From Dendrobates tinctorius (taxonomy: Eukaryota): 64,000 nucleotides of DNA. Below, in pieces: positions 24,618-39,285 of this stretch; the first letter of the stretch is position 1; each line of letters begins with the position of its first letter. Below the pieces are notes generated by a model. The model was not told the DNA's origin. It saw only the letters and a list, made by a program, of their open reading frames with translations, and ran no database searches. Location: contig NW_027361802.1 in NCBI RefSeq assembly GCF_039654945.1, forward strand, positions 9,486,001 to 9,550,000, read 5' to 3'. The position numbers and the translations under genes were made by a program.

Positions 24618-27600
24618 GGTTTTTATGTGCAATATAATCATAACTTGCTATAACTAACCACAGTTGGTTACTATGCCCTGTCAACGCCGGGCTCTTCAGC
24701 TAGTTTAGAATAAAGCAGAGCTGAGCAAACTTCCCCTGCCCACACCAGGCCCTCTGTGTGCTAAGTTCATAGACAGTGAGCTGCTTCTCACAGGAGGGGT
24801 CCTTGTCAGACTAGTCTGAAGGATTTATCACTAAAAGAGATTAACATTACCACAGTTAGTAAACAACAGCACACACTTTGACAAGGGACACATCCCAGAA
24901 TTCCATGTTTCAGCCTCTATCTCCAGCTGTCTTCAGATTACATAGCCAAACCTGCTGACAGATTCCCCTTAATTAGCCTATGCATGGTAGTTTTGAGGCT
25001 CAAAAAAGTCAATCTTTTTGCTGAGTTTTCAAAGCAGAAAAACCAACTTTGAGCAGTTCTGAGATATGGAGAGCTTCCTCTCAGTTTCTGTTCAGAATGG
25101 CAAACACAAAAGAAATGTCTAAGCAGACCTGAAATTCCATTACCACCAAGCACAAGAAGTCTGAAGGGTACAAGACTATCGCCAAAGGCATTGGCACCAG
25201 GTTTCAACAGTACAAAACGATACCAAAGTGCATAAGCCCTTCTCAAGATCTGCCACATGAAGAATGACATTTCTATTATACAAGTCTAGCTCACGCTACC
25301 ATACAATGATTTAGAGCTTAAAATTCCCTAAGAGGAATAAAAAGAAAAGTTTAAAAAAGAAAATGGTAATAAATCTTAAAGTTTAAATCACCCCCATTTT
25401 TCCTGTTCAAAAAAAGTACGTAAAAATAATTAAATTGTTGTGTCTATAAAGGTGTGAGCTACCAAGATAAAATGATTTAAAACGTATGCTAAATGCAGAA
25501 GAAAATAATAAAAAAAAAAATCGAATGTCAATGGGGGCTGATTTAAATGTTATTTAAATAAGGCATTTAAATGGTTAAACAGCATCAATCAAAGGGGACC
25601 ACTCGAGCCAGCGTTATACACCTTGCACGCGACCACTGATGTAAATGTATATTAGATAAACGATCATATTGCTCGTTTGTGGGGTGATTGGCCAATTATT
25701 GAGAATGCACTTTCCTAAGAAGACTTGTTTCCTAACAGGTCAGTGCAAAAGCACCCTTAGGAGGTGAACCGTCAAAGCGATTTATTCCAGAACTCTGGCC
25801 GTATTACACTTTAATAAATCCCATTTTTTTGTGTTTGCAATTCAGAAGTTGAGCAAACTGTTTCAATCCAGTCTTGGCCAGCTATGCCAATATGGACGGC
25901 CCGCTCATAAAATTCATGAAAAATTAAGCTACTCTAGTGGCACAACGTACTCCAGAAATGTTCTCCAGCATGTGACTGGAGTACATTTCTGCCAGAGGCG
26001 CACTGCATTTGGAAAAATGCACCCAATTCATTTAATTCATTAAATGGCATGATGAGAGTTGTGCCAAAATTTTGCAACTTTTGGCATTTTCATGCCAATT
26101 TCTCTGCCAAAACGGGCCAAGCTGGGGTGGGATGCCACAGCTCGTCTATTTCATGCCAATCAGTGGCATTCCCGACGCGAGAAATCTCACTTCAGTCCCT
26201 TACTGTAACAAGATTTCTGACACGGCCCGCACTTAATATTCATGAAGAGAGTATCTGCCTCCACCACACGCCGTCATCAAGAAAAGAAAAAGAAACATTA
26301 AGTGCAATTTTGGGCCATATATAACACCCAAACCAATACAGGATTAATGCACACATTTGTTTTTCAAAAAATATTGAGCCTCATAATACCGTGAAAATTG
26401 GTTTATCTTTATTGCATTGATATGCTTAGTATGCAGCTAAAAGGTTTTTAAGTGAGATAAGTACTTTTATTTCCATAAAGGAATGGATGATTTTGCAAAG
26501 CAGATTTCACTTTAATTTACTATTACTAAGGAGGTTAGGGGCATGGTAGAATTGAAGCTCCACAGGGATTCTTAAATATAGAACATCTGAAGAGCCACGC
26601 AATGCCGCAGTTTAGCTAGGTTTAGCTTTGATCTTCTAAAGGATTTTTTGTCTTAATATATTGCTTTTAATGTTATTTTAAAGGAAGTAGACACGAATCT
26701 TAAGAACCAGTGATTAGATTTTTACAAGATAAACGGGAAAGTTATTGTAAACTTTCAATACCGAAAAGGTCATTCAAAGGTTGACGTCTATTAAGTCATT
26801 TGAGATGATGGCAGCTTTTAATTATCATTTTTTGTTTCTTCTAAGGATAATACGAGTTAGGTATCATTTTACATGTTTGTGCTGCACGATTCATAATATG
26901 GTTCCTATTCACATCAAGGTTCCACTTTGCCTAAATCGCAAACTAATTCAATGATAAATTCTTACTTCTTCTCCCTGTATGTTGCTGACCAATCATAAGC
27001 AGGCAGCAACACACTGGAGAAAAAAGGAGCAATCAGCCAAAATAGGTTAGAGCAGGTTTCTCAGTGTGTGAGATGTACAGTAATCACACTTCTGTCTGCT
27101 GTGCCCAGGCAACTTGTACTTGCTATGCCGAGAGATCAGGGCTGTCATTACATCTCACACAGGAGCAGTATGTTCTAGACTACTCCAGTGTGAGATGCAG
27201 TGACAGCTCTGATCTCACTGCAGACAGAGTACAAGTTGAACACAACAAAGGCGATTACAGACATCTGGACAAAAGAGTGTCAGGGAGTGCCAGTACAGCA
27301 AAGGTGACAGTATTCGGAAAGGAGGACAGCTCATAGAAGGGTTTGTAATGTGACACAGCTCAGTTGTGCTGCCCTTCCCCTTTAGAGACCTCATCTGAAA
27401 GGTGTAAGTCATTTTTGCTTTCAAATCATGCAGGTTAGACCAGGATATTAGGACTGTATCACAGCACAGCTTTCACACTGATATACCTACTCTAATGTAT
27501 GGTGAGGGTGTGTTCTTCTTTCCTTTGAATGTTGCTGCCTGTTTAGGATTGGTCAGCATCATTCCGGGAAAAAAAAAAAAAAAAAAGTACACGCAACCCA

Positions 27601-28699
27601 GTGAAAACTCTGAAAACACCCAATTGGACATTAAAAAGAAAAAAGGAAAAGTTAACCCATTCGATGCCAAATAATTTGATTGGTAATATTTTTGCAACGG
27701 AGGGGAAAAATTAAAAAAAACAAACACAAAACGTTTTATTCCGAATTGCAGCCACTATTACCTCGCGTGTCCAATTCAACATGAAAAATTTAGTGATAGG
27801 TCATCTATTATATGCTAACAGACAACTATTTTATTATTGTGTCTTTATTATTGTGCTCAATTGATAAGCTGTATACCTTAAAGGAGGTTCTCCACTAGTT
27901 TGATTATGGTCACCGTTTCTAGTGAAGGAGAACTGTGCTGAAGTACCCTGGAGTAGCAACCAAAAAGAATACTGTACTGTGCTGTAACGGGTCCATTGAC
28001 AGTTTACATCGGACAACCCACCAAACTGATAACAGTGGATGGTGGGACTTCCAGTTGTCGTACTTCCGCCAATCAAATTTTGATAACCTATTCTAAAAAC
28101 AGGTCATCAAGCTCAAATTGGTGCACAACCTCTTTGAAGGACTTTTGCCATCTTAAACATTTATGACATATCCCATGAATGTCTTATAAATGTGCAGCTT
28201 GCTCAGGTGTTTTCAGATCTTTAACAGAAATTAATGACGTGAGCTGGGCATGTGTGGCCACTTCTACATTTACAGCAGCCACAACATAGGGATCAGTTAT
28301 GCCGATTCTAGAGGTAGGTTTAGGTCCCAGAGGTAGGTCCATCAGTGGCATTTATGGTCATAAATCATGGAGCTACCCTTTAAGCGGTCCCATTAATGGT
28401 GGACACAGCAGCATCATTTAGCTTAGAAAATTTCAAGTTCTGCATGAGAAAACCAGAATCCTGACCTCAATAAGCAATGCATTATGAAAAGACAAAACAC
28501 AAACTTTTCAAACTGAAACCCAGCACATTAATGCAAAGTGGCCTTAATTTGTCAAATATTTCAGGCATTACATTCAGGGCATTGTTACATTCGTCTAAGA
28601 TTAATGAAACTTTTCTAGCTTGTTAAGATTGATCACAGAAGTATATTTGCATCTTTATTTTAAAATTAAAAAACAAAACAAAACGGGCGCACTGGTACG

Positions 28700-29158
28700 G
28701 GATGCGATGTTGGACCAGTTGCTGTTGTGCTTGCGATGAGGGGATGCTTGGGGGGTGAAAATAAAGTCTAGTGCCCTTTGTGGCGAAGTAGATTTTGAGT
28801 GGCGCGGTGGGAGGGGGCTGGGGTGGATTGGACCTGATATCCGTGGGGGGCGGCGAAATATGATGCGGAGTGGCACGGCTGGCGGGGATGGTTTTCCCGC
28901 TGAAATGAGGCACTGATGTATAATTTTGATTTTTGTTTATTTGTGGAGCCATGTTGTTTATAGGCTCAATTTTATGCAAATATCTGTGTTTTGAGATTTC
29001 TTCTTTTTATTTATTCTTACACAGGAAGAGTTTTACCCTTTAAATAATATCTGCTCTCAATGTAATTTTTACTAGCTATATAAGATGTCATATTCTTTCT
29101 GTATTGATTCCTGAATGTTTAATAAAAAAGATCTGATTCAAAAAAAAAAAAAAAAAAA
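28700..29158 (+). mobile_element. Probable short 3' end of a LINE
   Basis: G-rich then T-rich tract ending aataaaaaagatctgattc plus poly(A), resembling the L1 3' end at 5450-5480; no TSD identified. Confidence 0.5.
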
Positions 29159-29849
29159 CACACACTGATGTTCACCTAAACTTCTACCAACCAAATAAAC
29201 ACACTATATATTTTTTCCATCAAGGTTTAACGTGACTCAGTGTAGCCTATAAATTAGTCATACCCCATCTCCTCCTACCGTGGTCGTACATTTATTATCT
29301 ATTCAGTGTATTTAAAGGTAAAACCCCTTTAAAACTTCTATTTCTTAACTCAATAGTGTGTGGAGTCATTCCTTGTCTCAATGATTTTGCTATAGGCAGC
29401 GAGTAATTAGTTAGAGGTAAGATGGTACTGACAAGAAATTGTAAAACTGCATAAACCAAAAGCAGGCTAACCCTATTGATCTGCCTGGAAGAGAAATGTA
29501 AACGGTATGACAATTCCTTAAAGGAATTCTCCAGGCTTAGTGCTCAATTTTGCAGTCACTATGTGACCTCAGACTTGTGAATCCTCCCAGCGTGCACAGT
29601 CAGGATTCACTGGTGCAAGGAGTATGTAATTTGCATACTTCCCTCCGCATTCCAACTAGACATGTCCAGTCTCACTCAATTCATTTTGCTTGAAGGCACA
29701 CAACAAAAAGGCTATCAAACAGGAGAAGTGGCACTGAACGGGGAACAGAGCTGGAGTGACAAAGGCTTCAGATCTGCAAATAGATCTTCAGCCTCATTTG
29801 CATATGAATGCAAAAGCGCCCTGTGTGAACAAGTGATTGCCTCCCTTTC

Positions 29850-31530
29850 TCTTTAAGACAAACCCAGGCCTGATTACTGGCACACCTGGTCTCAATCAAA
29901 AATTCACTTAAAAGGGACCTATCAGCAGGATTGTGCAGAGTAACCAACAGAATGTCAGGTTGGCACTGTTATACTGATTGAAATGATACCTTGGTTGATT
30001 AAATCTGTCTTGTGGTTGTTCGCTGGAGTCCCAAAGCTTTAGAAATGGCTTTCATAACCTTTTTCAGATTGGTTATTATATAGTTATTGAAAAAAAAAAA
30101 AAAAATCAACTGCAATGCAGCATGATCGCAGGTGTAAAATGCACTTCATTCTTTTATATCATGCTATAAATAAATTCAGAAAAAAAAAAAATCTGAAAAT
30201 GGCGATGGGCGCACCTGCGCAGTAGCTGCAATCGGCGATCCGATAGCGGCTACTGCGCAGGCGGCGCTATCTTTCTAGAGAGAAAAAAAAATCCTCCTCC
30301 AAGATGGCGCCACTGGAACAATAGCAGCTATCGGCTGCTACTGCACAGGCGCCGCAATCTTGAAGAAGGAAATTTTTTTTTTTGTAGCAAGATGGCGCAG
30401 CCCATAGCTGCTACTGCACTGAAAGTAAAGATTAAATAAACACAAGGCGGATTTCATCAGCCAAAGTATCATTTTAATCACTATAACAGTGCCTACCTGA
30501 CACTGTCTGTAGGTTACTCAGCACATTCCTGCTGACAGTTTCCGCCTGACAAAGTGAAGTATACCAAATTATCCTCAAATGCTAGACATTCATGCTGCAA
30601 TCCAAAGATATTTTGGAACAAATGTGAAAAAGTAAATGAGAGCTATCAGTCTATAAAAGGTTATAAAGCCATTTCTAAAGCTTTGGGACTCCAGCGAACC
30701 ACAGTGAGAGCCATTATACACAAATAGTGAAAACAAGGAACAGGAGTGAACCTTCCCAGCAGAAGCCGGCAGAACAAAATTACCCGCACGAGCGCAGCAA
30801 TGACTCTTCCAAGAGGTCACAAATGACAAACATCCAAAGAATTGCAGGCCTCATTTGCCTCAGTTAAGATCAGTGTTCATGACTCCACCATGAGAAAGAG
30901 ACTGGGCAAAAACGGCCTGCATGGCAGAGTTCCAAGATGAAAGCCACTGTTGAGCAATAAGAACTAAGGCTCATCTCAGTTTTGCCAGAAACCATCTTGA
31001 TGATCCCCAAGACTTTTGAGAGAATACTTTGTGGACTGAGACAAAAGTTGATCTTTTTGGAAGGTGAATGTCCCATTACATAGAAGGCGTAGAAGTAACA
31101 CAGCATTTCAGAAAAGGAACACCATACCAACAGTAAAATATGGTGGTGGTATATTGATGGTCTGGGGCGGTTTCAGAACCTAGAAGACTTGCTGTGGTAA
31201 ATGGAACCATGAATTCTGCTGTATACCAAAAAATCCTGAAGGAGAAAGTCTGGTCATCCGTCCGTCACCTCAAGCTCAACCACTTGGGTTATTCAGCAAG
31301 ACAATGATCCAAGATACACCATCAAGTCCACCTCAGATTGGCTTAAGAAAAGCAAAATTAAGACTTTCAAGTGGCCTAGTCAAAGTCCTGACCTTAATCC
31401 AATTTTAAATGCTGTGGCGGTTCATGCTCGGAAACCCTCCAATGTCACTGAATCACAACAATTCTGCAAAGATCAGTGGGACAAAATTCCACCGGATTAT
31501 TGTAAAAGACTCATTGCCAGTTATTGCAGT
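29850..31530 (+). mobile_element. Degenerate Tc1-like element, with a T2/Kolobok-type MITE inserted at ~29908-30545
   Basis: Fragmentary transposase motifs at nucleotide level (ccaacagtaaaatatggtggtggt; caagacaatgatcca; tggcctagtcaaagtcctgaccttaatcca) with many stops. Confidence 0.7.
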
Positions 31531-34278
31531 AGCCGGTTCAAAAAAAATATTAAAAACCTAAAAGTTTAAAATCACCCCACATTCGCCCCCTTCAAAATTA
31601 AAACAATACTACAAAAAAAATACACAGATTTGATATCGCCGCATTCAGAATTGCCCGATTTATCAATGTATAAAAAGAATTAATCCGATCAGTAAACGGC
31701 GTAACGAGAGAAAAAAAAAAAAAAAAGTCAAAACGCCAGAATTACGTTTTGTTTTGGTTGCCACAATACTGCATTAAAATGCAGTAACGAACGATCAAAA
31801 GATCGTATCTGCACCAAAATGTACCATTAAAATGTCAGCTAAGCACGCAAAAAATAAGCCCTCAGCCAGCCACAGAACACAAAAAACTTTGATGCTATGC
31901 GTTTCGGAAAACGGCAACATTTTGAGAAACTTTGAATTTTTTTCACCAGTTAAAGAAACTAGACATGTTTGGTGTCTATGAACTCGTAAGGACCTGGAAA
32001 ATCATAATGGCAGGTCAGTTTCAGCATTTAGTGAACATGGAATTTTTTTGCCGGTTTCCAGCACACTATATGGTAAAACCAATGGTGTTGTTCAAAAATA
32101 AAACTCGTCCCGCAAAAAACAAGCCCTCACATGGCCATATTGATGCAAAAATAAAAGTTATTGCTCTGGAAAGAAGGGGCGCCAAGATCGAAAGCTCTAA
32201 AAAGCAAAAACCCAAGGTGGTGAATGCGTTAAAGTACTGATGGCAGTTCTGGTGGTGAATTCATGAAAGTACCACTTTACATTTTTTGCATACCTTGGGA
32301 TTGGTTCAGTATGGCAATGCGGCCCTTGGACCGACAAAAAGTTGTGCACTCCCAACTCTCCCATGATACCTGAACATGGTTTTCAGCTAAGTGTGCAAGT
32401 ATCCTTAAAGCAGAAGGTAAAATAGGCCACTACCGGGCTACAATGGCAGTGTTATGATCCATAAAAAAAGGTGTTTAGAATGTAATATCGCTCTGTCGTC
32501 ACCTGGAATTTCTGAATAGGGCTTCCACAGATAGTAAGAGTAGCTAGTGCAAAGCCTATCAGGTCCCATCAACCCTACAAATACAATCCCCACTTGCTAC
32601 CGCTACAGGGCAAGAGGGAAGAGGCGGGCAAAGTGCCAGAATTGGCACATCTAATAGATGTGCCGTTTCTGGGCAGCTGTGGGCTGCTATTTTTAGGCTG
32701 GGGGGAGGGGGGTCAATATTCATGGCCTCTTACCAGCCTGAGAATACCAGCCCCCAGCTTTAGCAAGCCTGGTTGTCAAAAATGAGGGAGGCCCCACAAC
32801 TTATTTATTTAATTAATTCGAAAATATGGCGTGGGGCCTCCTATTCTTGACAACCAGCCCTTGCTGAAGCTGAGGGTTGCAGCCCCCAGCTGTGAGTTTT
32901 ACCTGGCTACTCATTGTTAGCACTTGAATACTGTCATCATTCTTTCCTGCTCGCACTGATCGTCCACAGAGCAGAGGAGAATAATGGGAGCAGTCTTCAG
33001 CACCCTGCGCCAGGGAACAGCACTTACTGTACCGCTTCTTCTCAGGCGCCGGGACATGTCACACAGATGACATCACTGTGTGTCAGAGTGCACGTGTGCG
33101 TCACGTTTTGTGGCCAATGCTGCCGGTAAAAAACGGACAAGTCTGTGTGTGGGTCACATGGACACACGTTTCGTGGAAACACATGGACATGTGCACAGCA
33201 ATGTAGATTTCAATGTGTCTACGTGTGTCAGTGTCTCCTGTAGGTGTGAAAACTGTCACCACAGGTACCGGAGACAAGGACTTGAGAAACAGCCCTTAGA
33301 TAAGTCTGTGGGTTCAGCCATCTTGTATCCAATGTGCATTGGTCCCTTTCGCTGCAAGAAAATCTTTTGTAATAGTGTAATATTCGGAACGTAATGCATT
33401 ATATAATATTTTCAATGCACACAGCCTTTCTACAATTTTTCTTCTAGCAGGTAGCCATTAAAGCAAATAAATGTGACATTTAGTTAGTATAATTCCAATA
33501 CAAACAGAGTGCACACTGAGCCGGTATACTGGAAAATGCAGAAATAGACACATAGAACAGGTGAAAAAGGGAGTAACCTAGTGGATGGCGACACGCAGCA
33601 GGAAGGAAAACAAAGATCAATAGTACTCTATAAAAGAGGGAGCAAGTCAAGAATGAGTAATATATGTCACAAGGCTCACAAATATGCAAGGGTAAAATAG
33701 CTGAAAACATACAGTGAGATTTAAAATACACAGAGGAGGGACTGGACAAAGATCACATTGTATAAGTGCACAAAATCAATTAAGCAAAAGGACCATCCTC
33801 CTGTGAGCATGGCGCCAACAAGCATTACCACACTTACACTTCAGGGACTGGCGTCATATCGGCAAAGAATCTCTCTTAAGAAGCCTTCTAACCAATAAAA
33901 ACAGACTGGATATCTGCTCGGCAGCCGGTTCTAAGAGGCGCATGTAATGGTTCTAGCCTAGACGCGGATATGTCCCCTAGACAAGCCGCGTGTGACGTCC
34001 GTCATTATTACATAAATCGATTAGCTATACTACTGCTTTATTATTATGCCTCCTGCTGCGTGTGGCTCCATCCACTTATTAACCTGTTCTAGGAGTACAT
34101 TTCTAACAGAATACAGAGGATTATTTTTGTATTTTCTGTACTGGCTCTGCGTACACCCATTGATTAAATAAGATTCGTACTTATCCTTTGTGCCTAGCTA
34201 CATTTATCACACATACAAATATATTTTTGACGTATTCTTATAGATTTTTAGTGATGAAGGTAATAGGTCAGCAAATTT

Positions 34279-36490
34279 TTGCTATTTAATCTGAGATCTG
34301 ACCTGAATCGTAATTCACAAAATATTAATCTGACTTATAATTATGATTATAAAAAAAAAAAAAAAATCGATTTCCTGGACATCGCTCTGGAGGTGGACGA
34401 CTATAGGCGCATCCACATCCAGACCGACGTCTACAGGAAACCCACGTCCGTCAAGTCATTAATTCATGCCACATCTACTCATAATTCAGCCACTATAAGG
34501 GCCGTCCCCGTCTGACAGTTCCTTAGGGTGAGACAGATCTGTTCATCAGAGGAAAAATTTGAGGCACAGGCTTTGGACCTGAAATCGAGATTTGAGACAC
34601 GTGGATACAGCAGCAGGTGTACTAAACAGGTATACGACAGAGCCAGAAAGACCCTCCCGTAGTGATCTTTTGCACTCACAAAAGCGTTTGGTGAGTAAAA
34701 ATAGAGATGGATCTATTAGGTTAATCTTCACATATAATCAAGAATGGGAACAGATGAGTCAGATTCTAAAGAAGCATTGGTTAATACTTGGGGCGCTGCC
34801 CGCCTTGGGTACCGTACTGGGGGACTTCCCTCTAATGACCTCTAGGAGATATAAGAATTTAAAAGATCTGTTAGTCCGGAGTCACTACACTCCGGTCCCT
34901 TTGAATCCGTTTGGTTCCAGAGGCCTGACCCCAGGATCAACACCTTGTTCCCTTTGCACTGCCTGTGCAAATGTCCTGCACTGATCAATGTTCCAATCCT
35001 CTGATGGAAAGAAACAATTTAATATTCAACATCTGATCTTCTGTGGCAGTACTAATGCTATCTATTACACCACGTGTGGATGTCCCAAAATATATATTGG
35101 CCTTACCTCTAGAGAGTCGAGGGTGAGAGTGCAGGACATTCGCGCGGCCAAGACATTGGCCGATCCCTCTGACCTGAAGACTATTCCTCGCCACTTTTTA
35201 CAACTTCACAACTGTGATGTTAAGACTTTTTCGGTCAGGGGGACTGATGTATTACATCTGGGAATTAGGGGAGGTGATAATCAGAAGATCTTGACCCAAA
35301 TGGAGACAAAATGTATAGTGACCCTGGAAACTATGGCGCCTATGGGCCTAAATGAGACACTTACGTTCTCCCCCTTTTAGTAAGGCTTGTATATTGGTTA
35401 TATATTGTGCGTTTTCTCCTCTGTTCCATTGCACCTATCCATTCGGGTGTTGTGTTATGTGTTTTTCATTTTGTTTAAATTTTAGATATTTTTTGTTATG
35501 TTTTTTTTCTAGCTAATGTGACCTTTTGACCTAGTGTGATCATTCGATCTTATGATTATGACAATGGACTCTTCGTTACATGGAGCTCCGGACGGATTCT
35601 CTAACTGTGAACAATCCTTTACTTTGTCACCTGTTTGGTTTTTAAGCGTATTGTTTTTGATTATTATTTGATTATTCAATGTGGTGCTACCTAATGCTAT
35701 ACCGCTTTAAACATTGGTGACACATGGCTGTGCGCATGCGCGCTGCTACTCTCTGTACCTGGAATGAAGCTGGGCATCCTTGTGCCTCCTGCGCCCGCCG
35801 ACTTTCCCCCTCCCCGCAAGTGCATGGTTATGTTAAACGCTCGTGCTGCAGCTGATGGGCGCACTGCGCATGCGCCGAAGATGCCACCATGATAGGTCAA
35901 GTTTGACCATGTGACTACTCATCCAGGGCTTCAAAAAAGTAGTTAGGGATAATGTAACACATCCCTTTGAGAAAGTGGCACGGTATGCCCGCGAAACGCG
36001 CATCGGGGGTCTCCTTCATCCGATCTGGGGCACCACTGGTCTATTCTTGGTAAGAGCCTGCCTTATATGGGTTTACTAATTACCTTCACATTACGTGGTA
36101 TCATGTCATCTGGCTGATTCTTGCCTTGCTATATTGAACAAGAGCACCTTTCCCACATCTTTAAAGGGGCATATGTAATTTTATTACAAACACCGACTTC
36201 AGTGTTTTTTGTCCATTCTGGGCTTACTTTTTCCTCGGTCTGGGGGTATATTGCGTCTTTGAAAATAGCAGCTTATGCTACCAATTAAATTCAACATTGT
36301 TGGATATTATGTACTCTAGTGATCTCTCACCTGGAAGCATCATATTGCATAGTAGCAATTACCTTGTATGATTTGGATATTGTGGGATACGTGCAATACT
36401 TTTACATCTTAAGGTGGCGTCTCTGGTATCTGTTTGTTCCTGAAAGCTGTTGTATATATTTTTTACAATGTAGTTTAATAAAAGTAAATA
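34279..36490 (+). mobile_element. 5'-truncated Penelope-like retroelement (RT C-terminus, GIY-YIG endonuclease, 3' pLTR)
   Basis: IDFLDI and TDVYRKPT RT motifs; CSLCTAC; AIYYTTCGCPKIYIGLTSR GIY-YIG; GLN near the C-terminus; frameshifted; hammerhead-like motif at 35962-36009. Confidence 0.85.
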
Positions 36491-37371
36491 TTTTCTAAAC
36501 TCCTTGTCCTCCTAAATACTCTATTTTATCTCAGAGCCTGATTCCAAGTAGGTGTCACTTACTAGGAGATAAAGTGTTTTATAAGCAGGAGATTATCACT
36601 GCCTGACTACATCTCATGTGTAATCCAGTCCAGGTAAGGAAGAAATGCATGCAAGTAGTAGAAGCATGCAAGTAGAAACGCATGCAAAAACGCATGATGC
36701 GTTTTTGCATGCGCACTCGTTCTCTAGGTGTTAAACCAGAGTCTACACAGGTTTACTCGTTGTCGCCTGCGTTCCCATAGACTGTAAAGCGTTGACGCAT
36801 TCCGTGCGCAAGCGGGTTTTTGCATGCCTTTGGATGGACCCAAAAATGAAACATGTTGCGTTGGGCGCGTCTAGAAGCACACCTTAAAAAACGCATGCGC
36901 ACAAAAACGCAGACAAATGCATGCAAACGCAAGGCCATTTGTACGCCATGTTAAACATAGGTGCGCATGACACATGCGCAAGATGCGCTGCGCAGAAAAA
37001 CGCTAATGTGAAACAAGCCTAATCTGTGTAACCTAGCCCCCACCACTGATTGGCAGCTTACTGACAAGGCACAGTGTACACAGGAAGCTGTCAATCAAGG
37101 GTGTGAGAGGGGTTACATACAGCTGAGCAATATGACCACTGCTACATCTATGACAGATAAAATACCAAGCAGTTCAGTAAGTGATCCACTGTTGTAATCA
37201 GGCTTTCTGGCCCTAAATCATGCTGCTCTCAGATTACCTGCTAACAGATTCCCTTTAACCATTTCCATTTTACTTCTCTTCTGTAACCATTACTGTACGA
37301 GTATTTAGTATGTAGATATATGGATCAGTGGCGATGGTCCAGATGAAAAGGGTGGAAGTGAATTCAATATA

Positions 37372-39006
37372 CAATTCGGTCCATATATATTTGGATAGAG
37401 ACATTTTTCTAATTTTGGTTCTAGACATTACCACAATGAATTTTAAATAAAACAATTCAGATGCAGTTGAAGTTCAGACTTTCAGTTTTCATTTGAGGGT
37501 TTCCACATTAAAATTAGATGAAGGGTTTAGGAGTTTCAGCTCCTTAACATATGCCACCCTGTTTTTAAAGGGACCAAAAGTAATTGGACAGATTAAATAA
37601 TTGTAAATAAAATGTTCATTTCTAGTACTTGGTTGAAAACACTTTGTTGGCAATGACTGCCTGAAGTCTTGTACTCATGGACATCACCAGACGCTGTGTT
37701 TCCTCCTTTTTGATGCTCTGCCAGGCCTTCACTGCGGTGGTTTTCAGTTGCTGTTCATTTGTGGGCCTTTCTGTCTGAAGTTTAGTCTTTAACAAGTGAA
37801 ATGCATGCTCAATTGGGTTGAGATCAGGTGACTGACTTGGCCATTCAAGAATATTCCACTTCTTTGCTTTAAACAAACTCCTGGGTTGCTTTGGCTTTAT
37901 GTTTTGGGTCATTGTCCATCTGTAGTATGAAACGACGACCAATCAGTTTGTCTGCATTTGGCTGGATCTGAGCACACAGAATGGCTCTGAATACCTCAGA
38001 ATTCATTAGGCTACTTCTGTTCTGTGTCACATCATCAATAAACACTAGTGACCCAGTGCCACTGGCAGCCATGCATGCCCAAGCCATCACACAGCCTCCG
38101 CCGTGTTTTACAGATGATGTGGTATGCTTTGGATCATGAGCTGTACCACGCCTTCGCCATACTTTTCTCTTTCCATCATTCTGGTAGAGGTTAATCTTGG
38201 TTTCATCTGTCCAAAGAATGTTCTTCCAGAACTGTGCTGGCTTTTTAGATGTTTTTTTTAGCAAAGTCCAGTCTAGCCTTTTTATTCTTGATGCTTATGA
38301 GTGGCATGCACCGTGCAGTGAACCCTCTGTATTTACTTTCATGCAGTCTTATCTTTATGATAGATTTGGATATTGATACGCCTACCTCCTGGAGAGTGTT
38401 GGTCACTTGGTTGGCTGTTGTGAAGGGGTTTCTCTTCACCATGGAGATTATTCTGCGATCATCCACCACTGTTGTCTTCCGTGGGCGCCCAGGTCTTTTT
38501 GCATTGATGAGTTCACCAGTGCTTTTTTCCCTTTCTCAGGATGTACCAAACTGTAGACTTTGCCACTCCTAATGTTGTAGCAATTTCTAGGATGGGTTTT
38601 TTCTGTTTTTGCAGCTTAAGGATGGCTTGTTTCACCTGCATGGAGAGCTCCTTTGACCGCATGTTTCCTTCACAGCAAAACCTTCCAAATGCAAGCACCA
38701 CACCTCAAATCAACTCCAGGCCTTTTATCTGCTTAATTGAGAATGACATAACGAAGGGATTGCCCACACCTGTCCATGAAATAGCCTTGGAGTCAATTGT
38801 TCAATTACTTTTGGTCCCTTTAAAAACAGGGTGGCACATGTTAAGGAGCTGAAACTCCTAAACCCTTAATCCAATTTTAATGTGGATACCCTCAAATGAA
38901 AGCTGAAACTGCATCTGAATTGTTTTGTTTAAAATTCATTGTAGTAATGTCTAGAACCAAAATTAGAAAAATGTTGTCTCTGTCCAAATATATATGGACC
39001 TAACTG
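37372..39006 (-). mobile_element. Tc1-like element, DD34E, long TIRs (>200 bp), frameshifted transposase
   Basis: TA TSD; termini caattcggtccatatatatttgga / tccaaatatatatggacctaactg; MRSKELS, WTDETK, DNDPKH and SPDLNPIEH split over 4 ORFs. Confidence 0.92.
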
Positions 39007-39115
39007 TAAATGCATCAACTAATGAGGTGTAAGGAGACCTCCAGAAATAGCTTTATCCTTATGTTGGGAGAAGAAAGAATGATTGCAGATTTAAAAAAAA
39101 AAAAAAAAAACTCAC

Positions 39116-39285
39116 CATCTCTATTAAGCCACAGCTTCTTCTGCCGGTAAAGCAAGAGCTTGTTGTGTACATAAGGGAGCAGAAACTTGATACACCAGCT
39201 CTCCACTCCCAATTTATTTTCCACCAGTACGATGGGGCTGCGATTAAATTTTGCTTCTGGACATGGAATTAAGCCAATTTCATCT
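39116..39285 (-). CDS. PTAR1: PTAR1 exon 2 (170 nt), DEIGLIPCPEAKFNRSPIVLVENKLGVESWCIKFLLPYVHNKLLLYRQKKLWLNRD
   Basis: Acceptor cacAG ending at 39286; donor G|GTGAGT at 39115; phase 2 join to exon 1 (AT|A = Ile). Confidence 0.96.

Larger units (their letters stand above)
17545..24703 (+). mobile_element. Non-autonomous Helitron with nested insertions
   Basis: 5' A|TCTAATATATAAAGCT; 3' GC-rich imperfect hairpin then CTAG|T; no TSD; internal (TATG)n and a minisatellite. Confidence 0.8.
17105..24972. mobile_element. T2/Kolobok-type TTAA MITE split by nested insertions
   Basis: Left end ttaaagggaatc and right end gattccccttaa; the halves 17105-17236 and 24704-24972 join once the inserts are removed. 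Confidence 0.6.
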
